Program-made: the position numbers and the translations under genes | Shown: one piece after another, positions 56,697 to 64,000 of the stretch | Layout of the letters: the number at the start of each line of letters is the position of its first letter | How positions within the stretch are numbered: the stretch's first letter is position 1 | Notes under the pieces: generated by a model | Databases searched by the model: none | What the model saw: only the letters and a program-made list of their open reading frames with translations | Told to the model about the DNA's origin: nothing | Assembly: GCA_951406725.2 (NCBI GenBank) | Contig: OX597814.1 | Span: 152,396,001 to 152,460,000 of the forward strand | From: Octopus vulgaris | Lineage: Eukaryota | Direction: 5' to 3' | DNA length: 64,000 nucleotides

Positions 56697-56957
56697 ACTT
56701 GTTACGGTTATTTCTACAGATGTTCTAATGAAATTATAGCCAGCACTGATTTGTGTTACGATGTTTCGTATCCGAAACGTCTGATGTAAACAACAATGAG
56801 ATCGAAGGTGAAAAATGGGTAATTAATGATTGTAATTTTTCATCTTTGATCTCGTTATTGTTACTTACATCAGGTGACTCGGACACGAAACATCGTAACA
56901 AAATCAATGCTGACTATAAGTTCTATAGAAAAATCTGTAAAGATAGCCATAACAAGT
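56697..56957. repeat. Imperfect fold-back (~120-bp arms), MITE-like
   Basis: cttgttacggttat..tgttacgatgtttcgt..ctgatgtaa..gagatc / gatctc..ttacatcag..acgaaacatcgtaaca..atagccataacaag. Confidence 0.8.
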
Positions 56958-57249
56958 CAGGCAACAATATTTCCCAGCAACTCCACCAAGTAATATTGTA
57001 GAAGCAAGATAAAGGTTAATGACTGCAATTTTGCTCCTAAATTGATTATTGTAATATTATTCCCAAATGTATGAATAGCGCGAAAATAACATAATGCAAG
57101 CATTATTCTAGTTCAGAGAAACTTATAACAAGGGTGACACTGCATATCACAAGAGACCAAAGAAGCTACTTTTTGACCTCGTAATAAGGCTGACCATCCA
57201 CCTCAAAGTGTCAGTGATTATTGCAGTAATAACGATAATAAGAGTCGTG

Positions 57250-57470
57250 AAGTATATTTGCCACTTAAATGTGGCTAACCCTTAAGGGTGGATGCTACTG
57301 TAGCTTGTAGCCCCAGCAGGACACCTCCTCCAGCTGGCTATTGACACACTTTCTGTGCCCTGTCAGTATTTGCAAAGGGAAGCCATCCTTCCCATCTTCA
57401 ACCTGTATACACACGGACTCGAGTTTCTGGGTATTGATCCGTCATCAGCGTGTGGCAATCACTGGTTATT
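57250..57470. repeat. Unclassified dispersed repeat, second copy at ~28430-28615
   Basis: Shared tccagctggctat.gacacac, tttgcaa.ggga, ggcaatcactgg. Confidence 0.6.
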
Positions 57471-57993
57471 TCTTTATTATAGGCACGGGGCCTTATATAT
57501 AGAAGGAACATACAACTGACATGCGGGGACATAAAGACGAATGAAAAATGATATATGAAATGAACATAAATATGATGCAAATGAGACGGCCACCTTGCCC
57601 CCACTGCGAGATGAACCGTCAATACCTTTGCAATATATTCTACAATTAGACTTTACGATTAAACATACAATTAAGCTTCACAATTAACTTAACAATTAGA
57701 CTTTACAGTTGACTTTAAAATACCTCTAGTTTCACTACAATGCGAAACTGTGACCTTTCCTTTCATTTTTTCCTTTAATTTAACCGTTCATATGTGTCCT
57801 TTTACCACAGAAAATTAAACTTTTTTCTTTCTTATTTTTTACAACTTTTAATACTTGTCCATTCATCAGTTCTTTTTTCATTATTTTCTTTTTGTTTAAT
57901 ATAATTTACAATGTTCATGTTCTTTTTTTCCGTTGTTTTTCCACAAATTTATCATACTTACCTTTTTTTCATCCTATCTGGTGTTCTTTTTCT

Positions 57994-59400
57994 TCATGTT
58001 TCTCTTTTCTTCGATGTTTTTTTTTTTCCATTCCCTTCTAGTTTTCCGCTCCACTGTAATTCGACTGTCTGTATTTTTTCGCATTCTTGCTTGTCTGTAT
58101 CTTTATCCGACTGCAATTCCTCACCTTTCTTCTGCACACCTTTGTCATACACCTCATGGTTCTGTTGCTCGATTTCCTCGTCGCCTTGCATCTCCACCTC
58201 CTCTTCTGATATCTCTGTTATTAGTTCTTCTACGTTTTCTATTTCTTGTTGCATTCCTTCTTCCATACTCTTGCACTTTTTTGTTTCTGCTGTTATCGGT
58301 GACTTCTTTCTTTCACTCTTCCTGCTTTTTGTCTCTTCTAGTCTTTCTTTTTCTGCCAGTTCTCTTTCCCTTTGTTCTTCCATTATTTCTTCTTGTATTT
58401 CTCTTGTTATCTCCTCAACTGATTTACAACATTTTTTCATTTTGTGCCCTCTTAGGCCGTACCTGTAACACCTTGGTGGCCTTCCTGTAAGAATTATTTC
58501 CAGCATCTATCCTGTCGGCATCTCTATCGCTTCGTGCACTTCCTTATAATATTCTGGGGATCTTTTCGGTTTGAACAGCAGTTTTTAACATAATTTCTAG
58601 GTAAATAAAAAAATTTAAACTTCGTATACTGGTAGAATGTGTTTATAAAACATCTTTTTCTCTTGGCTTTATTGAGAAAATTCTATAGTTTGTAAGATAT
58701 TTGTTGTTGTTTTTTTCTTCAATTTCTGCAATTTCAACCAATCAGTGACGTCTATTGAGGTAAAAAACATTCTGTGCCGTATGAATATTCCCTCGTTTAA
58801 GAAACAGGTTGGGTTTATTTACATTTGTGAAGAGAAAAAAAGATACCCTTCCCCCCACCCCTAACCCTAACCCTAAAACAGATTTAAATGCAATAGATCA
58901 ATACTAGGGCCATAATTATGGGTGACAATTTCATATGACACCGCTAGAAAAAAATGCCGTTCAAACCGAAAAGATCCTATTCTGGGGCTATGGCTCCGAT
59001 TATTTCGGCATTCGGTTCTGCTTACTAACTGAATCTCTGGGCTTCCTTTTTGCAGCTTCGAACCAAAAATGGCCACCATTATCCAATCAGGTTCTATCAT
59101 TGGAGGTACTCTTCCAACTCTAATTTTTATCAATGTCTTCCCTGGAGTGCTAGGCAATAGCGACCATTTCTTCCCTTCTATCACCTTTTTTACAATTTGT
59201 CGCTGCATCTTCTTCATTTTCGAATATGGCTGCCACTGTCCCGTATTCCTTTCCTCTATCGAGGAAGGTTATTTTCTCTTCAATGCTGCTCGTAATTAGT
59301 TTTTCTATTTCCTCCTCTGGAGCTCTCTCTACTCTTCTATTTTCGTTCGTAAAAGTTCGAAAGATTACAGTCTTCTTCTCAATTTTCTTCATCTCTTCTT
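57994..59400 (-). pseudogene. Non-LTR retrotransposon ORF1-like protein with zinc knuckle, split by a MITE
   Basis: KIRVGRVPP..EPDWI; LTGRPPRCYRYGLRGHKMKKC (degenerate CX2CX4HX4C); E/K-rich tail. Confidence 0.65.
58558..58977. mobile_element. Merlin-like MITE with perfect 8-bp TSD and internal (CCCTAA)3
   Basis: TIR ggatcttttcggtttgaac/gttcaaaccgaaaagatcc; TSD tattctgg on both sides; interior related to 42471-42734. Confidence 0.85.
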
Positions 59401-59419
59401 TACCAACATAAATTTATAT

Positions 59420-59600
59420 TCATGAGGGTTTTCATCATAGGAGGCAGACCAGCACGCGCAGGATCTATTCATTCCTGATCTTGTCAAAGAAATGATATTC
59501 ATAATTCGTCGCAGCTTTCTCCTCATATATGCATGTAGCTTGTCTATTTGAGCTTTATAGACTGCCCAAGTTTTAAAATGTATAACATACAATAATAATG
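59420..59600 (-). pseudogene. RTE-like LINE C-terminal fragment
   Basis: LLY...KTWAVYKAQIDKLHAYMRRKLRRIMNI. Confidence 0.6.
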
Positions 59601-59609
59601 TTTCTAAAC

Positions 59610-60850
59610 GGAACACAAGGCCACAAATTTAGCAGAAGGTACATTTGATTAGATCGAATCTAATATTAGGCTGGGTTTTATTTTATCGAATTCGGCAGTA
59701 TAAAAGGTAAAGACGGAATTAAAGACCAAAGTATAAAGATTGATTTCTTAAGGCTTCGAATATAATGTAAGTGTACGCATTTGATTACATCAAATGCAAT
59801 GCTTATGTGATTGACCGCGGAAGGATGAAAAACAAAGGCTGTCTCGAAGGTACTTGAGCGCAAAATAACGAAATAACTCATAATAAAGACACATTACAAA
59901 GTATTTTGTTCTATTTATCACAATAACGATTTCTGATTTAGGCACAAGGCCAACAATCTTGAGAGGGGTTCAGCCAATTACTTGACTGATAGCTCATGTT
60001 ATCTATCCTGAAAAGATAAAAATCAAAGGCATTCTCGACAGTATTTGTAAATAAATGATACTAATCACTGATTTCAAATTTTGACTCAAGGCCAGCAACT
60101 TTGAGGGACGATTACATCGGCCCTAGTGCTCGACTAGTTCTTATTTTATCAACTCCGGAAGAATGAAAGTCAAAATCGACCTCGGCGGAATTTGAACTCA
60201 GAACTTTAAGACGGACGAAATGCCACTATACATTTTGCCCGGTGCGCTAATGATTCAGCCATCTCACCGACTTAGTGATGTTAAATTTTGGCACAAGGCC
60301 AACAGGTTCAGGGCAGTGAGTAAGCCGAATACATCGACCTCGGTACTTAACTGGAACTTATTTTATCCACCCCGAAATGATAAAAGGCAAAGTCGACCTC
60401 GGTGGAATGATGCTAAATATTACAAGACACTTTGTTTGCCATTCATTTTTTTTTTTCTTCGAATAATAACCAAAAGTCATATATAGTCTAAAAGCCAGTC
60501 TTCTCTGTGTGGATGATTTCAAACTAAAAATACAAGACCCAGAACAAAAATGGTCAACTTACATTAATTTATCAATGGCATCAAAATAAGTAGAAGAAAA
60601 ATGTTTCAAAGATACACGAAGAAGATACAAATTCATTCTTTTCTACTCTAGAAACAAGACCCGAAGCTTTTGGGGATGGGGCCAGTCGATTAGATCTACC
60701 CCAGTACGCAACTGATACTTAATTTATTGACCCGAAAGGATGAAAGGCAAAGTCGACCTCGGCGGAATTTGAACTTAGAACGTAAAGACAGACGAAATAT
60801 CACTAAGCATTTCGCCCGGCATGCTAACGTTTCTGCCAGCTCGCCGCCTT
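59610..60850 (-). mobile_element. Cluster of SINE family A copies (best preserved at 60635-60850)
   Basis: Repeated caaggcc...gaaaggcaaagtcgacctcggcggaatttgaact. Confidence 0.8.
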
Positions 60851-61381
60851 GAAGACGCAAATTTATTAAAACTTTAAATAGTTTTATACTGAAACTGCAA
60901 TTAAAGGATTTTTAACAAATCAACCCATATAAATGCAAATGAATAAATGAAACTGATAAAATTCAGCGTAAAGAATTGAGAAAATTAGAAAAGTGTACTG
61001 CAGAAGAATCAAACTAATATTAAAAATCGAGCTGGCATATGTTCCGTCTTTACGTTCTGAGTTTACATTCTGCCGAAGTCGACTTTGTCTTTCGTCCTTC
61101 AAAGAGGTGAGCCGGGTAAAATGCTTAGCAGCATTCCGTCTGTCTTGTCTTCATGTTCTTAGTTCAAATTTCTCCGAGGTCGAATTTGCCTTTCATCCTT
61201 TCGGAGTCGATAAATAAGCACCAGTTGAAAAGTGGAATCAATCTGATAGACTAATCCCCTGCCCCGAAATTACTGGCCTTCTGCTGTCTTTAATTATAAG
61301 TCTGTTTTATCAAGGCAGACCTAACATGTAGCAACAACGAATACCAGCTCAGTGTAAAAATGAAAAAAAAAGGATTATAGA

Positions 61382-61795
61382 TAGGCACAGATGTGGTAAG
61401 AAGCTTGCTTTCCAACTACAAGGTTCCGGGTTCAGTTCCACTGCGTGGCACCTTGAGCAAGTGTCTTCTACAATAGCTGTAGGCCAACCTAAGCGCTGTG
61501 GGTGGATTTGGTAGATGAAAAGTGAAATCCCGTCATGTATGTGTGCGTGGGTGATTGTGTGTGTGTGTGTTTGTTTGTTTTTTTGTGTGTGTCCGTCTGT
61601 TTTTGTCACCCACACACCGCCTGGTAACCGGTGTTGGTGTGTTTACGTTTCCATAACTTATCGGCAAAAGAAACCGATAGAATAAGTACTAAGTTTATAA
61701 AAATAAGTCCTGGGGTCGACTAAAAACTTTCAAAGCGGTGCACCAGCATGGACGCAATGAAAAGACTGAAGCAGTTAAAAAGAAAACAAAAGAAG
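61382..61795 (+). mobile_element. SINE family B, near full length
   Basis: gtggtaagaagcttgctt..gggttcagttccactgcgtggcacc...gcggtgcaccagcatgg..gactgaa. Confidence 0.85.
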
Positions 61796-62202
61796 ATATA
61801 AATACCTGAGTAACTGTAGTCATTCACAACAGCGTCGGTATCAAAAATTCGATGTTATGCAAGGAGAAAAACCCAGATATGAATGCCAGAAAACTGCATT
61901 CCGAACCCACCATTCAAAATCTGATACAGACAAGATATACAAGCCACATACACGGATACGAAGTAAAGAAAGAGCCAGTACGTGCTGGTTAGTTCTGCTT
62001 AATTTAACACTCAAATCTCCTTAAAATCACATCCCTCTGTCTTAAGGAAAGAACGACATTTTGAATCATGTAGATCTAGAGATATTGTCTTTATCTCTAG
62101 TTATTTATCTGGCGATAAAGACAAGGAAACGAAATAACAAAAGCAGGTATGACGTAGACTAATGAAAATAAAGAAATGGTACAAAGTAAAGACAGTATCA
62201 AG

Positions 62203-62476
62203 ATATATATATATATATACTTATATATATATACATATATATATATACATATATATATACATATATATATACATTTTTATATATACATATATATATACAT
62301 TTATATATATACATATATATATATATACATATATATACATATATATACATATATATACATATATATATACATACATATATATATACATATATATATATAT
62401 ACATATATATATATACATATATATATATACATATATATATACATATATATATATACATATATATATACATATATAT

Positions 62477-62518
<42 letters not shown>

Positions 62519-62568
62519 GTATATATATATATATATATATAAATACATATATATATATATATATATAA

Positions 62569-62619
<51 letters not shown>
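62203..62619. repeat. (TA)n/(TACATA)n microsatellite
   Basis: Direct reading. Confidence 0.95.
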
Positions 62620-62622
<3 letters not shown>

Positions 62623-63357
62623 GAATGTATATATTTTTCTATGTTTAAAGAAATAATAAAATACAAACTACATATAGAAAAAACAAAAGAAAAGGTGAAA
62701 ATAAAAGCAATATGTGAAATCAAAGCGAAATTTCATAATATACTAAGGAAAAAAAATGGACAGAAACATATCTGTGTAGTCAGTTTCCCGAAAGACTAGA
62801 CACTGAAACACTGTGTTAATATGGAGGCTAACAGTGACTGCAAATAAAATAATAAAACATTAATACCAACGGCAGTGTGAGCAATAAAGAAGCATTTGAC
62901 TGCAACATTTCTAGCTAACAAATTCTTGCAAAAGCAGCCTATCTACAGTCTGGGCAATAAATAAGCTTGTATTTCTACATTAAAACTGAAAATATAAGGT
63001 ATCAATAAGCAATAACTTCAGTTAGTAATAATGACATGACTACGGCACTCTGGTACATGTCTCTGCAGACTAATAATAAGTTCTAACTTTTTGTTATCTT
63101 GTATTTCTGATGCTGGTTGTTCATGTTGAGAATATTGGTTTTAAACTTTAGTACGAGGCCAGCAATCTCAAGGGTGTGGGTGAGTCGATTACATTGCTCC
63201 AAGTGTTCGACTGGTATTTATTTTTATCGACTCCGAAAGGATGATACGCAAATGCGACCTCGACGTAATTTAAACTCAGAGCATACGAAATGCCGCAAAG
63301 CATTTTGCCTGGTGTGTAGCTTTCTGCCTTAGTTATGATGTTAATATCCTCAGTTGG

Positions 63358-63985
63358 AAGGCAGTGAACTGGCAGAAACGTTAGCACGCCGGGCGAAATA
63401 CCTAGCGGTATTTCGTCTGCTGTTATGTTCTGAGTTCAAATTCCGCCGAGGTCGACTTTGCCTTTCATCCTTTCGGGGTCGATAAATTAAGTACCAGCTA
63501 CGCACTGGGTCGATATAATCGACTTAATACCTATGTCTGTCCTTTTTTGTCCCCTCTATGTTTAGCCCCTTATGGGTAATAAAGAAATAGGTATTTCGTC
63601 TGCCGTTACGTTCTGAGTTCAAATTCCGCCGAGGTCGACTTTGCCTTTCATCCTTTCAGGGTCGATAAATTATGTACCAGCTGTGTACTGGAGTCGATCT
63701 AATCGACTGGCCCCCTCACCAAAAATTTCGGGCCTTGTGCCTAGAGTAGAACAGAATATTCTCAGTTGGACAAAGCGGTGAGCTGGCAGAATCGTCAGCA
63801 TACCGGGAGAAATGTTTAGCTGCATTTCGTCCGTCTTTACATTCTGAGTTCAAATTCTTCAGAGTTTGGCTTTAATTTTACCCTTTCGGGGTTAATAAAA
63901 TAGCTACCAGTTAAACACCGGGATCGATATAATCGACTCACACCTCCTCCGAACTTACTGGCCTTGTGTCAAAATTTGAAACTAA
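63358..63985 (+). mobile_element. SINE family A copies (63358-63755 with internal duplication; 63775-63985)
   Basis: ctggcagaaacgttagcacgccgggcgaaat...gagttcaaattccgccgaggtcgactttgcctttcatcc. Confidence 0.9.
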
Positions 63986-64000
63986 TATTAACATTATAAC

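Noticed and set aside
58859-58876. Telomere or telomere-healing site
   Set aside because: Only three units, internal to a TIR- and TSD-bounded MITE.

Overview
AT-rich, microsatellite-dense eukaryotic non-coding DNA. The SINE families, the Penelope load and the (TA)n/(GATA)n density suggest an octopus or other cephalopod genome (inference). No host protein-coding gene is recognisable. All real coding sequence is transposon-derived: two Penelope-like elements (PLEs) with GIY-YIG endonuclease, an inverted PLE RT fragment, two mariner remnants, a deleted Gypsy (CsRN1-like) element, CR1-group and RTE LINE fragments, a zinc-knuckle ORF1, two Merlin-like MITEs and many tRNA-derived SINEs. The most notable signal is a set of about 9 loci with type I hammerhead-ribozyme (HHR)-like motifs. 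Four of them lie in head-to-head fold-back palindromes with 107-190 bp arms, so each carries a ribozyme motif on both strands next to the inversion axis. Three unrelated motifs show a U3-A8 core (TTGAnAA) in place of C3-G8. Most ORFs in the supplied track are microsatellite artefacts. Coordinates were read by eye.
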